Virus record (IMG/VR): IMGVR_UViG_3300035208_008180
Reading direction: 5' to 3' (one strand)
From: a virus
Lineage: Duplodnaviria > Caudoviricetes
DNA: 64,000 bases
Shown: piece by piece, positions 48,755-58,183 of the stretch
Numbering within the stretch: position 1 is the stretch's first letter
How the letters are laid out: the number at the start of each line of letters is the position of its first letter
Notes under the pieces: model-generated
Told to the model about the DNA's origin: nothing
What the model saw: only the letters and a program-made list of their open reading frames with translations
Database searches by the model: none
Translations under genes and position numbers: made by a program

Positions 48755-49489
48755 TTAGCTATCGGTTTTGTGCAATGCATCGTATTCCGCCGATGTTGCT
48801 CGCAGAACGGCCCTGTTGTGAACTTCATCGGCATCACAAGAAGCAGAGGTTCTCGATTCGTAATCGGCATAGGCTTTGCTTCCAGCCGCCGCAAAAGCCA
48901 TAGCTTCCATCGTTCTTGCCGATTTGCCGCCTGTGAACTCATTCAACAGCATTAGTTTGGTATCGGCAGCTTGAGCCACATTAGCCCAGAATTTGCTTCC
49001 GCTATTCAGGCATTGCAACGGGAAAACACGGACACCCATTTCTTTGAGGGCAGCCAATTCTTGTCTCCAATTCAGCTTGCCTTCATTCTGCGGATAATTA
49101 ACATCGTGGGGATCAGCATCACCAATCATGACGAAAGCCGCCGCCACACCGGGGGTCCAACCCAAATCCCTGGCTTCGTGCAAAACCAATTCATAACATT
49201 CATCGCAATCGCCACCCGATGTGTCAGGTGCATTGCGAATAAAGTCGAAGATTTTTGCACGATCATTCGTGAGCTTTAGCACACGGATGCAGTTTTGTCC
49301 ATCGCAATAATCCCCGTGAGAAATAAATGCCATTTTCAAGCCGGGAATATTTGCAAATAAACCCTCACAGGTTTCTTCCAGATGTTTGCGAACATCAGCG
49401 ATACACGGTCGCATGGAACCTGTGGTGTCAAAACTTATGCCAATTTCCGTAGCGTCATCAATTCTTTCGCCAAGTGTTTGTTCCGCCAT
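48755..49489 (-). CDS. vWA domain protein
   Basis: FDTTGSM, GDYCD, GGD.DECYE, IGDADPH. Confidence 0.88.
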   Translation of the reverse strand: MAEQTLGERIDDATEIGISFDTTGSMRPCIADVRKHLEETCEGLFANIPGLKMAFISHGDYCDGQNCIRVLKLTNDRAKIFDFIRNAPDTSGGDCDECYELVLHEARDLGWTPGVAAAFVMIGDADPHDVNYPQNEGKLNWRQELAALKEMGVRVFPLQCLNSGSKFWANVAQAADTKLMLLNEFTGGKSARTMEAMAFAAAGSKAYADYESRTSASCDADEVHNRAVLRATSAEYDALHKTDS

Positions 49490-49502
49490 TTTTTCCTCTT
49501 TT

Positions 49503-50147
49503 CTAGTGCATTGCACTAATGTGTAAGTCACGCAGGGTAATGGACCATGATTGATGCCGTGGCGATGATGCCAAGAAGAAATCAAGGATTTCCTCTGAGG
49601 CTGCCGCTACTGTCAACATGATGATGTTACGAGCCAAGGGATAGTCGCAAACGTCGCCACCGCTGTCCTTTGGCACCTTGTAGCGATCATCCCATACAAC
49701 CTCGCCATAATCTTCAAATAATCCAGTGTGCAGACATGGAATCTTCTTTGCCCGGCAATGGGTTTGAACAATTTGCCGTGCAGCATTATTATCAAAACAA
49801 TCCAACACCAATGCTGAGCCACGCAGCATTTTATCCACGGTAGCGGCGGTCAATTCCTTGTCCACGGTGTCAATTTCAACACCAATGTTGCCAAACACCT
49901 TCTGTTTGGCGGCGGCAACTTTCAAAGCTCCAACATCCCGCTCATTCCAAAACTGGGTGTTTAGATTATGAGTATCGACACGATCTTTGTCAATACCACG
50001 GAGATTGGCAAATCCTTGTCGAGAAAGATTGTCAAGCAAATTGCTACCCAGGGCTCCTACACCACAAATGGTGATTAGACCTTGCAATTTCTTGGCATAA
50101 TCCTTGCCTCGGTAAATTTCTTCATGATGGAATTTATTCGTTGCCAT
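49503..50147 (-). CDS. ThiF/E1-like ubiquitin-activating enzyme
   Basis: GVGALGS, DKDRVDTHNLNTQ, KV..AK, LDCFDN..AR, candidate catalytic Cys in DVCDYPL. Confidence 0.9.
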   Translation of the reverse strand: MATNKFHHEEIYRGKDYAKKLQGLITICGVGALGSNLLDNLSRQGFANLRGIDKDRVDTHNLNTQFWNERDVGALKVAAAKQKVFGNIGVEIDTVDKELTAATVDKMLRGSALVLDCFDNNAARQIVQTHCRAKKIPCLHTGLFEDYGEVVWDDRYKVPKDSGGDVCDYPLARNIIMLTVAAASEEILDFFLASSPRHQSWSITLRDLHISAMH

Positions 50148-50159
50148 TTTCTTCCTCCA

Positions 50160-50396
50160 CTATTTCGTAAACTGTGCCCCAAATCTTATCATGTGGATCG
50201 TAACGCATTTGTATATGATTGAAACTGCAATTGTCGGGATTTGGTCGAAATTCAAGCCATGCTTCAAATTCTGGTATGTAATTTGCCCGCAGCATAAATA
50301 TCCAGCAACCCAAATATCTCTATATTTCACCAAATACTGATATTTGGTTTTACCAGTTGTTTTTATTTCACTTGGGTTTGTCTGTTTCAATTTCAT
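50160..50396 (-). CDS. hypothetical protein
   Basis: 78 aa ORF between JAB and E1. Confidence 0.4.
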   Translation of the reverse strand: MKLKQTNPSEIKTTGKTKYQYLVKYRDIWVAGYLCCGQITYQNLKHGLNFDQIPTIAVSIIYKCVTIHMIRFGAQFTK

Positions 50397-50931
50397 TCGC
50401 CACCTCTTCGCTCTCTAGGAGAGCACCCAAATTAATTGCAGAGTCTTGATCCCAATCAATGGCATGCCCCCCAAGCTCAACCTCTTCATCAAATAATGTC
50501 AAGTCATCCTCCACAACGACATTAGGTGTTGCCAAGCCATAGCAAGCCAGTGGCTTTTTGGGTGTAATTCCTACAATTAGTTGCCCAAAGCTCTTTAGAG
50601 TACGAATGGGAATTGGAGGTTGTTCATCGCTGTAATACAAATAACCCTTGAGCCCATTGACTCCTTCGATCAAACAAACGAGAGGCTTGCCAAACGACAA
50701 CACCCACTGTGCCATTGTAGCATCATCCCGTGGGCTTGGGGAGGCGATCATTCCGGGGTGCGTGTGATAAAACCCAACCACATCCCCATATTTTTCTTCA
50801 CGATCCATGACCCACTTATATGGAAAATCCACGGAGCCAGGGTGCCCTTCGCTTTCGTGCGAAACATGACCCCACCACATTCTCCTGTGATTTCCGCCCG
50901 TCAAAATCCACGATTGTTCATTTTGTCTCAT
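50368..50931 (-). CDS. JAB/JAMM (MPN+) deubiquitinase-like metallopeptidase
   Basis: VVGFYHTHPGMIASPSPRD = HxH-x7-S-x2-D. Confidence 0.88.
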   Translation of the reverse strand: MRQNEQSWILTGGNHRRMWWGHVSHESEGHPGSVDFPYKWVMDREEKYGDVVGFYHTHPGMIASPSPRDDATMAQWVLSFGKPLVCLIEGVNGLKGYLYYSDEQPPIPIRTLKSFGQLIVGITPKKPLACYGLATPNVVVEDDLTLFDEEVELGGHAIDWDQDSAINLGALLESEEVANEIETDKPK

Positions 50932-51447
50932 TTATTTTTCCCTTAGTCGTTTTATTGCTTCTTGACGTTGTTCTCGGGTTTGTTCTTCTAGTTCTTGAGT
51001 AAACAATTTCCCGCTCATGTAATATTCTGTACCCCAAGCTGGGCACATTTTGTGTAATTCAGGACGACCACAACCAGGGCACACACAATCTTTTGACTCT
51101 TCTATGTCCCAGTCCATTGACTCTACAATTTCTTTCACATTCTCTTCGATAAATTTCTCACAAGCCTCTGGACCAATAGCTTCTCGCAATGCAGCAAACG
51201 GATTGCCTGTCGCTGCCCAGCGTGCCTCTTCTTCTTCCCAACACTCGTTTTGTCCACACTCTTTAACCTGATCCCACAACAAAGCAACGGATGGGTGTTT
51301 GTCTTCTTCCCAATCACCACGTTCCAAAAATGCACAATAGCCGTCTTCTTGTTCAGCGTGGTCGGGGTGCTTGCTCCAATAAGGGCAAATGCCATTTGTA
51401 TCATAGCAATATATTCCCTTCGGAATTAAACTCGGGTCTTTATTCAT
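50932..51447 (-). CDS. Cys-rich hypothetical protein
   Basis: IPKGIYCY...CPYW...YC.FL...LLWDQVKECG. Confidence 0.55.
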   Translation of the reverse strand: MNKDPSLIPKGIYCYDTNGICPYWSKHPDHAEQEDGYCAFLERGDWEEDKHPSVALLWDQVKECGQNECWEEEEARWAATGNPFAALREAIGPEACEKFIEENVKEIVESMDWDIEESKDCVCPGCGRPELHKMCPAWGTEYYMSGKLFTQELEEQTREQRQEAIKRLREK

Positions 51448-52163
51448 AATGTTTTCTTTTCCAACACTTTCCAATTTTTGTAATGTGCGATTTTGCCAGC
51501 AGCTACACTCCACATATGCCCAGAATTCAAATTGTGTTCCCTTGAAAACTGCTCCAAATTACTTGTCTCGAATACTTCTCCATCTGGCGATGCTATTTTG
51601 TATGCGAATTTCAATTTTTTGTTTCGCATTTTTTCTTTTGACTTATCCGAATACTTTCTTCCTGTGGCTGATTTGGCAATTTTGTTTTTGTGTTCCTCTG
51701 TAAGCGTTTTGCCAGTGTTAAATAGCGATAACTTCTTTTTTGTTTTATTGCTTACTTTGTGTCCTAAATGACTCGATCTAAGCTTTTTAATTGTTGCTTG
51801 GGTTACTTTTTTCCCTTTGTTGCCGATGGATATTTTGCGTTTAACCTCCTCAGATATTACGCCTCGGGCATTTCCAAGTTTTAAATTATAACCATTTGGA
51901 GAAAGGGTTTTTAATTCACAGCCCCAATACACTTCCCTGGCATCTATTTCTTCTTGTGTGCCATTTAATTTTTCTAACACCACAATCTTAAAATGTTCTG
52001 GTCCGTATTTTCGAATGGCAAGGACAATCGGCATTAGTTTGGTGTTATTCCACCTTGCCTCCGCACAGTGTCTTTTGAACCTTTCTTCTGCCGTTTTCCA
52101 AGTTTGCCCAACATAGACCTTTGCATTAAGATCATTTATTATTTTGTATATAATTGCTTCCAT
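51444..52163 (-). CDS. GIY-YIG homing endonuclease with NUMOD3 repeats
   Basis: IIYKI.N...KVYVGQT...RFKRH, PNGYN, repeated SEE.K.KIS. Confidence 0.88.
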   Translation of the reverse strand: MEAIIYKIINDLNAKVYVGQTWKTAEERFKRHCAEARWNNTKLMPIVLAIRKYGPEHFKIVVLEKLNGTQEEIDAREVYWGCELKTLSPNGYNLKLGNARGVISEEVKRKISIGNKGKKVTQATIKKLRSSHLGHKVSNKTKKKLSLFNTGKTLTEEHKNKIAKSATGRKYSDKSKEKMRNKKLKFAYKIASPDGEVFETSNLEQFSREHNLNSGHMWSVAAGKIAHYKNWKVLEKKTL

Positions 52164-52215
52164 ACAATTATATAGTAGCTTTCTAATTTATTTGCCCACT
52201 AATTTCCTTCTTTTC

Positions 52216-52671
52216 TTATAATTTGTCAAATTGGTCTCTGATCTTCATTAGAAGTTTTCCAAGATGGTTTTCCCCAACTCCGTTGCATACCCCAAAAAAC
52301 GTGTCGTGCCACCAATTTCCTTCTACTAATTCCGCCTTGCCAGTGGCAAGAAGCTGATTGCATAATTGTGGATCGGAGAATTTTTGCACAAGCAAATCTT
52401 CCATAATCCCTAAATTAATATTTTGCCAATCGGGTCGTTGGTGTCCAGCTTTTTTGAATACAGCCGCAAGCTTCTTTGCTTTTCCAGGGGTAATAGCGTC
52501 TTGAATTTGCTTACGCAATGCCGGGTCTAAAAATTTAGCAGCTTGGTAAGCGTGTTCGGTGGAAATATATTTTTCACCATCCAAAACTACCGGCGTGGAC
52601 AGTATGGCAAAATTCGACAAATACCTGTATTCACCATCAAATGAATCAATTTTTGTTTGCTTGTCATTCAT
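52216..52671 (-). CDS. NADAR-family protein (YbiA-like)
   Basis: YLSNF, STEHAYQAAK, KF...L...LLATG..ELVEGN.WHDTFFG...GENHLGKLLMKIR. Confidence 0.92.
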   Translation of the reverse strand: MNDKQTKIDSFDGEYRYLSNFAILSTPVVLDGEKYISTEHAYQAAKFLDPALRKQIQDAITPGKAKKLAAVFKKAGHQRPDWQNINLGIMEDLLVQKFSDPQLCNQLLATGKAELVEGNWWHDTFFGVCNGVGENHLGKLLMKIRDQFDKL

Positions 52672-52919
52672 TTTTTCTTTTCTTTCTTTTCAAGCTTTTT
52701 CAATGAATGTGCCAAATCCATTGAATTTGTTACTTTTCTCACTCCCTTTTTAAATTGTTTCAATTCTTCACGCAACCGAATCACTTCTGCCTCCATGACC
52801 TGTGCTTTGCAACCATAGTCATACAAAACACCAGCGGTTGGCTCTGCCTTATTGACAGCATTCCAAAACTTGCGGGAGGCATTTCCAGAAAATATTTTTT
52901 TCATTACATTTCTGTCCAC
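52668..52919 (-). CDS. hypothetical protein
   Basis: 83 aa coupled ORF. Confidence 0.5.
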   Translation of the reverse strand: MDRNVMKKIFSGNASRKFWNAVNKAEPTAGVLYDYGCKAQVMEAEVIRLREELKQFKKGVRKVTNSMDLAHSLKKLEKKEKKK

Positions 52920-53440
52920 GATTTCAAAGGTGGTGCTACCAACATCTTTACAAACATCATGATTGTTCCGTAGACCACATCATCCTTGGTGAAATTAAAT
53001 CTTTTCATTGCCTCATCATTCACCCATTCCATCAAGGAAGTGGCCCTTTCCTCGGAACGGGTCTTCCAATCACACACCAACTCGGCAAGATAAATGCGGG
53101 GCATTCCTTTAATTCCGCCATCCCAATATTCTGGGTGGTGTTTATTCGTATGATTGTGCTGCATAATAGCGAGTTTCAAGGCAGCCTTATCTGGATTCTC
53201 TATTGATAAATGATCCCATTCAGCACCAAAAAACTTGCTATTATCGTGAAGAAAAGAATTTGCCACCAGCGTTTTGGCAAGCTTAAACTCTCCATTCTCC
53301 ATCAGTCTTTCAGCAAGAATTACGCAATTCTCCTGAACACCGTGAATGTGCCGCATCAGTTTTTGAATACGATCAATATCACGCTGACTCATTTCTTTTC
53401 TTGCTCCTTTTGCTTCTGTTCGATAATATAATTTCGACAC
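52904..53440 (-). CDS. HD-like protein (DUF5662-type)
   Basis: HI..V, HDNSK, H...NKHHPEYW, MP...AELVCDW. Confidence 0.75.
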   Translation of the reverse strand: MSKLYYRTEAKGARKEMSQRDIDRIQKLMRHIHGVQENCVILAERLMENGEFKLAKTLVANSFLHDNSKFFGAEWDHLSIENPDKAALKLAIMQHNHTNKHHPEYWDGGIKGMPRIYLAELVCDWKTRSEERATSLMEWVNDEAMKRFNFTKDDVVYGTIMMFVKMLVAPPLKSWTEM

Positions 53441-53547
53441 CTTTCCAGTGCTTGATAATAAAGCAATTGGGAAAGTGGATCAACAGTATCTTGCAGACCT
53501 TTTGCACAAGCCAATTCGTGATTGTATTCTATTTCAGTCATGATTTA

Positions 53548-54495
53548 CTAATCGTCGTCGTCGTCGTCGTAATCGTGCTCTGGCTCGTTGCCACGATTAT
53601 GGCCGTATTGATTCCAATACCACGTATCACGACCAGAGGTATCTACAATATGGTCACGGCGGTGTCCCTCTCGGATAACACCTACTAGACTTTGAAGATC
53701 AAAGTTACGGTCATAGCCCGACAAACAAATACCAGCAGAAATTACTGATAAAGTTTTTTTGTCAACAACTGAACGATGAGGGTTTCCATCGATTTGATAT
53801 TCAATAGTGAAACTGTCTCCACGCTCAATGTGGCTTTTATAATCAGCACCAGCACGCTCTAGGGCAACTTTGATACGATTGCCTGCCTGTGCCATCTTGG
53901 CTTCTTCGCTGGCTTCATAGGCGACCTTATAAGCGATTTGGTATGCATCCAATTCTTGCTTGGAAACAATATCCAAATCCAGCTTCTCTGGCTTGGCCAA
54001 TGTAGTCAACATTTCTCGCAAATATGCTCCGCTTTTCGGACTTTTGCGAGGGTCTACTTCATCAAACCAACAAATCTGTCCATCGAAACGAGCACAAACA
54101 GTATCAAACAATTGCACTTCCTCAGACAAATAAATCGGCACGGACCCAGAAATGTTAAATCTGGCATCTGCCTGAGCAAGGGTTCCATACCACAAATCTT
54201 TATTTTGATGGTGCAAAATAAATTTCATAGTAGGAAACAATGCCAAGTATTGTCTTCGCTCCATCATGGACGGGGCACGCACATGTTTGGCCAAACGACG
54301 GGTGGTAGGCTTGAAAACACCCCAACCCTGAAAATTCACAGGCACTACACGCATTTCCATCACAATGCCAGAAATACGAACTCTGACCGCTCGCCCCTTG
54401 AGCACAGGGGACAAAAACTCTGATTGAAGGAATTGATCTTCCTCAGCGGCGAGCTTATCGATCAGACTGTGAATATTCGTTTTCTTTTTTTTCAT
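53548..54495 (-). CDS. putative divergent E2 (Ubl-conjugating)-like protein
   Basis: C-terminal SAGICLSG...FDLQSLVGVI resembles the UBC G.ICL...helix site; neighbours are E1, JAB and Ubl. The E2 call is inference. Confidence 0.45.
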   Translation of the reverse strand: MKKKKTNIHSLIDKLAAEEDQFLQSEFLSPVLKGRAVRVRISGIVMEMRVVPVNFQGWGVFKPTTRRLAKHVRAPSMMERRQYLALFPTMKFILHHQNKDLWYGTLAQADARFNISGSVPIYLSEEVQLFDTVCARFDGQICWFDEVDPRKSPKSGAYLREMLTTLAKPEKLDLDIVSKQELDAYQIAYKVAYEASEEAKMAQAGNRIKVALERAGADYKSHIERGDSFTIEYQIDGNPHRSVVDKKTLSVISAGICLSGYDRNFDLQSLVGVIREGHRRDHIVDTSGRDTWYWNQYGHNRGNEPEHDYDDDDDD

Positions 54496-54496
54496 G

Positions 54497-54880
54497 TTAT
54501 TCGATAGCTTCTGTCTGCCCGCTGCCGTTTTTTCCTGCGTCCCAGCCCGCTCCATTGATTTCTTTGGGTGAATGCAGATGAATTGTCATCGTTAAATAGT
54601 AACTTGTGGCAATAGTTCCTTCCATCCACACTTTTTCATTTTCCCTGACATCAAAAACAAATTTTACATTGTCTGCACACACCGGGTAAGTGTGCATTTT
54701 CCCATTAATTAGGAAGGAATATCGGGATGGCTCATGCATCAAAACACGGTCAATGTTTTTTAATTTGCTATAATGCGGCTCAGGAGAGCATCCGGCAAGG
54801 AGCAAAACAAAAAATAAAAACCATTTCAAATGAATTAACCAGGACATTTTCTGAAATCTCCGTAAGAACATTCTCCGCAC
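54497..54880 (-). CDS. lipoprotein
   Basis: Lipobox LLLAGC; true start probably MSWLIH. Confidence 0.65.
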   Translation of the reverse strand: MRRMFLRRFQKMSWLIHLKWFLFFVLLLAGCSPEPHYSKLKNIDRVLMHEPSRYSFLINGKMHTYPVCADNVKFVFDVRENEKVWMEGTIATSYYLTMTIHLHSPKEINGAGWDAGKNGSGQTEAIE

Positions 54881-55086
54881 AATGCTGTTTCGCTTTCACC
54901 CCACAATTGCCAGTAGCAAGAGGCACAAACACCCCAGTGATCGCTCCACCGCACCACTCTGTCCCCTAAATCCCAGTATGCCGAGCCGCTTTTAGAAACA
55001 AAATGAGGTTTCTCATCTGGTATCTTGCAAACTGTAAAATTGGCAACTGTTGCTTTATAAAAATTCCACCAACCAAATCTCAACAA
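54835..55086 (-). CDS. hypothetical protein
   Basis: SKSGSAYW...VVRWSDHWG..ASC.W. Confidence 0.55.
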   Translation of the reverse strand: MLRFGWWNFYKATVANFTVCKIPDEKPHFVSKSGSAYWDLGDRVVRWSDHWGVCASCYWQLWGESETALCGECSYGDFRKCPG

Positions 55087-55308
55087 TTTTTCTCTTTCTT
55101 GTCCATCTAAATTTCTTTCCCGCCAACCTCTTTATCCGACCTGCATCAATGTAAGACTGTGATAAGTAGACATTGGGGCTTTCAATTCGGGGCTATCGCC
55201 CTTCCACCCTGTTCACGACCGCTTTAACTCAGTATAGCGATTTCAACATTGCTACTTATTATTTTGTACCCTTTCACGGATTTTTGTTTCTGCACAGTCT
55301 CTATAACC

Positions 55309-55336
55309 ATTATACTCCAGAAACGCATCTTGTAAA
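55309..55336 (-). promoter_or_regulatory. early promoter TTTACA-N16-TATAAT
   Basis: Same repeated motif; would drive the E2-like/NADAR/JAB/E1 genes. Confidence 0.7.
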
Positions 55337-55342
55337 TAAGAA

Positions 55343-55369
55343 AAGCCCTGGGGACAATCCCCAGGGCTT
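55343..55369 (-). terminator. intrinsic terminator after the Ro/TROVE gene
   Basis: AAGCCCTGGGGA-CAA-TCCCCAGGGCTT plus U tract on the minus strand. Confidence 0.75.
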
Positions 55370-55392
55370 CCCAGACAAGTTCGCAAAGCTCA

Positions 55393-56961
55393 CTACGCAA
55401 CTTTTCTCTTCGGCAAAGGCCAACTCATGATTTCCATGAGCAAGTCAAGCTTACTGGGCTTGCACAGGAATTTCACCAGTCCAGGCAAGCTGTAGTAGTC
55501 GCCGGTAAATTGCCAAGCGTCTACTTCGATGCCTTTGACTCGACCTTCTTGCTCCAATTGATCCGTAGCATTAGGAGTCTTGACAATGCAAATGTTGGGG
55601 AATGCATTCAAGGCTTGACAGTATTTTTGATAAATGTCAAAGAACTTGGGAGCAGTATTTTCCCCTTCATCCGTTACCAAAATGATCTGTTCGACCATGT
55701 ATTTCTTTTGTAGCATAAACTGCAAGCCAACGCCGCAGGAAGTCCAACCGCTTGCACGGATGCCTTCAAATGCTTTCTCCCAAGCTGCCAAGTCTTTTCC
55801 TTGGCTAGTGATGGGATAGGCGATTGTATCTTGAGCATACGCATACAAAGGAACACCATCCTCCATAACCGTAGACAATAGGGAGCCAATTCGCTTGCCC
55901 AATTCAATGGTAGCGGCTTGAGAACCCGACTTGTCCACAAACAAAGCCGTGGGGCGACTGATACGACCCTTGGACTTAATTTGTTGGTCAGCAACGGCTT
56001 CCAATTGTTGCTTTACTTCATCCGAAACTCCAGGTGCCGCCTTGACGGCTTCCAAGGATTTCAATGCAGCCATTCGCTTATCGCCCTTGGCCACAACAAG
56101 TTTTTCCTCAATCAATTGCTTGAGATCGGGGTTGTCGAACACGCCACGCTTTTTCAAGCTGCCGATGCTGTTGACCAACTCTTGCGAAGTCATTACTTCC
56201 AACAAAGCCGCAATAACAGGCGGTGTCATGGATTCGATTACCGTACTGGCAATCCGGTACGGAATTTTATTTTCCACGATCACTCGGGCTTGGTCAGTCG
56301 GTGAAGTTGCCTTGGCCAACTCCTTGATTAGGAACGCTTTGGAATCAGCAGGCGGCTTATCATCGAACAACACGGCTTGAGCCCGGTCGGTCGGCTTGCG
56401 GTGTCCGAAAGCATACAAACTCTTCATATATTTTCGAGCACCAACGCAGACACTATCGAACCAATCTTTATCCAATTCTCGCTCTTGCAGATAACGATTG
56501 ATTTCCGTCATTACGGAATTGGGCAATTGTCGGAACAAGCCCGTTTTGACTTTCTTGGCAGGAGCAGCCGGTTGTGCCGGTGCGGCAGCAACTCTACGAC
56601 CCCGAACCATGCGTGCGGGTGCCGGTGCGGCAGCCTTCGGCTTTCGTTCGGTGATATAGTTGCCCAAAATGAACTTCAATACCCGTGTCAATTGATAGGG
56701 CGGAAGCTCACGCAACATGGCCAAACCAACTTCTCGGTGCCCGTCAAACTTGGACAGACACAAAGAAATAATAAACATTTCTTTGTGGTCACGAATTTCG
56801 CCGGTATCATTATACCAAGCCGCCAATTGCGAATAGAACCGAGGATCATCGGTAATCATTCGCTGGTGTTCTGGATAAATAGCGGCCAGATCACGGTGAG
56901 GCGTGGTCAATAGAGTGTTGAGAATTCGGAGTCGCACATCTTGTTCGGTATTTTCGTTCAT
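55393..56961 (-). CDS. Ro60/TROVE-like RNA-binding protein (helical domain + C-terminal vWA)
   Basis: Helical N-terminal domain (DPRFY..LA.W...R; L...MT..EL.N.IG.L.KRG) and vWA MIDAS VDKSGS / GWTS / VTDEGEN; start MNENTEQ with AAAGGGA RBS; adjacent tRNA-like RNAs. Confidence 0.8.
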   Translation of the reverse strand: MNENTEQDVRLRILNTLLTTPHRDLAAIYPEHQRMITDDPRFYSQLAAWYNDTGEIRDHKEMFIISLCLSKFDGHREVGLAMLRELPPYQLTRVLKFILGNYITERKPKAAAPAPARMVRGRRVAAAPAQPAAPAKKVKTGLFRQLPNSVMTEINRYLQERELDKDWFDSVCVGARKYMKSLYAFGHRKPTDRAQAVLFDDKPPADSKAFLIKELAKATSPTDQARVIVENKIPYRIASTVIESMTPPVIAALLEVMTSQELVNSIGSLKKRGVFDNPDLKQLIEEKLVVAKGDKRMAALKSLEAVKAAPGVSDEVKQQLEAVADQQIKSKGRISRPTALFVDKSGSQAATIELGKRIGSLLSTVMEDGVPLYAYAQDTIAYPITSQGKDLAAWEKAFEGIRASGWTSCGVGLQFMLQKKYMVEQIILVTDEGENTAPKFFDIYQKYCQALNAFPNICIVKTPNATDQLEQEGRVKGIEVDAWQFTGDYYSLPGLVKFLCKPSKLDLLMEIMSWPLPKRKVA

Positions 56962-56986
56962 TTCATATCCCTTTCTAAATAAAAAT

Positions 56987-57067
56987 AGCCCATCCAAGTC
57001 TGGTCAGCTTTGATTGGAAACGATATGGAAGTTTCTGTTTGTAAGCTGGGCCGGTATGGGATGGGCT
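56987..57067 (-). ncRNA. Y-RNA-like motif copy Y0 (no tRNA domain) in the Ro leader
   Basis: AGCCCAUCC-CAUAC...UUACAAACA...ACUU-GGAUGGGCU; 9-bp closing stem. Confidence 0.7.
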
Positions 57068-57085
57068 TGTTCTGTTGTTTTGTTT

Positions 57086-57316
57086 TTAGCCGAAAACTGC
57101 CTCCGGTCGGAGTGTAAGGGTGTTAGTTTCACCATTACGATCAACAGCAAAAGCCCGTAGCTTCCCTTGAGGGATGCCTAGCCAATCGGCGGCAGCATTG
57201 CGGATATCGGCATCCGAGCTATTGTCGCCAATATTCAGTTCCGCCAAGGGAACGTCGTAAGACCTTCCTTCGACTCGAACGTGCAGCATGTTTTCAAGTT
57301 GGTTTTCGTTGTCCAT
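57086..57316 (-). CDS. ubiquitin-like (beta-grasp) protein ending in Gly
   Basis: 76 aa; beta-beta-alpha-beta pattern LHVRVEGRSYDV...DADIRNAAADWL...TLTLRPEAVFG; AAGGAG RBS. Confidence 0.72.
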   Translation of the reverse strand: MDNENQLENMLHVRVEGRSYDVPLAELNIGDNSSDADIRNAAADWLGIPQGKLRAFAVDRNGETNTLTLRPEAVFG

Positions 57317-57359
57317 CGTAATTTCTCCTTATATCGTTCGTTCGTCTTTCACTTTCCCT

Positions 57360-57387
57360 ATTATACTTCAGAAATTTGAGTTGTAAA
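57360..57387 (-). promoter_or_regulatory. early promoter TTTACA-N16-TATAAT for Ubl-Ro
   Basis: Same repeated motif. Confidence 0.75.
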
Positions 57388-57397
57388 CAAGAAAAAA

Positions 57398-57523
57398 TCC
57401 GTCCAAGTTACAAAAACTGTTTTTGGTAAACAATGCAGGAATTGAACCAGCATTCTTCAGTTTTCAAGACTGACGCTCAACCATTGAGCTAATTGTTTGT
57501 AAGTTTTAGTGGTATGGGACGGA
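57398..57523 (-). ncRNA. Y1: complete tRNA-like cloverleaf (anticodon UGA, encoded CCA) enclosed by the Y-like stem
   Basis: Core 57424-57498: AAACAAU/AUUGUUU-ACCA, GCUC D arm, UCAGU-CUUGAAA-ACUGA, UUCAAUU T loop. Confidence 0.8.
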
Positions 57524-57526
57524 AAG

Positions 57527-57655
57527 TGGAGGGTGTTGGATTCGAACCAACATTTTTTCGTTTTCAGTGAAAAAAGTTACCTTTTGTTTGTATGTCTCTC
57601 AGGTGTGGGACAATTGCTTGTCCAAGTTTGGGAAACTGAACGTTTTTAACCCTCC
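57527..57655 (-). ncRNA. Y2: tRNA-like (anticodon GAA) with the permuted Y-like stem inserted in the D arm
   Basis: Acceptor GGAGGGU/ACCCUCC-A; T arm GUUGG-UUCGAAU-CCAAC; insert ACUUGGAC..GUCCCACAC..UACAAACA. Confidence 0.78.
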
Positions 57656-57665
57656 AAAGTATCAG

Positions 57666-57792
57666 CGGGGAAGATGGGATTCGAACCCATAATTTTTCCT
57701 TAACAGGGAAACTTTTACCAATTGTTTGTATGTCTCTCAGGTGTGGGATGGTCGCCCATCCAAGTTTGGGAAACTGAACTTCTAACTTCCCC
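57666..57792 (-). ncRNA. Y3: tRNA-like (anticodon GUU) with the Y-like stem inserted in the D arm
   Basis: Acceptor GGGGAAG/CUUCCCC-G; UUUCC-CUGUUAA-GGAAA; AUGGG-UUCGAAU-CCCAU. Confidence 0.8.
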
Positions 57793-57882
57793 ATGTGCCC
57801 GGTTTATAATTCTCTGCCTGCAACCGGAAACCCGGCAGAAAAGCCTCCAGTTATTGGTTTATCCCAAGAGGCGAGTAATCAG

Positions 57883-58008
57883 ACCCGGTGGTAGGAGTCG
57901 CACCTACAATCTTTTCCTTAGGATGGAAACGCTGTTTGTACGTCTCTCAGGTTTGGGATAATTTCTTATCCGAGTTTGGGAAACTGTTTGCTGTTTAGCT
58001 TCACCGGG
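57883..58008 (-). ncRNA. Y4: tRNA-like (anticodon CCU) with the Y-like stem inserted in or next to the D arm
   Basis: Acceptor CCCGGUG/CACCGGG; UUUCC-AUCCUAA-GGAAA; GUAGG-UGCGACU-CCUAC. Confidence 0.78.
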
Positions 58009-58013
58009 ATATT

Positions 58014-58172
58014 CATAAGGCAAACATTTGATCGTCCAAGTCGAAGAAACTGTTTTTTGCAACAATGTTGGATTCGCACCAACTACCGAAACTTTATGGA
58101 AGTTTTGCTCTACTGATGAGCTAATTGTTTGTAAGTTCCGTCAGTATGGGACGATCAAATGTTTGCCTTATG
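58014..58172 (-). ncRNA. Y5: tRNA-like cloverleaf (anticodon CAU) enclosed by the Y-like stem
   Basis: 24-bp perfect outer stem; GCUC D arm; AAACU-UCCAUAA-AGUUU; GUUGG-UGCGAAU-CCAAC. Confidence 0.8.
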
Positions 58173-58183
58173 TTGATTTTACC

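Noticed and set aside
49503-50147. ThiF/MoeB acting in thiamine or molybdopterin synthesis
   Set aside because: No thi, moa or sulfur-relay genes are nearby, the CxxC Zn motifs are missing, and the context is JAB, Ubl and Ro.
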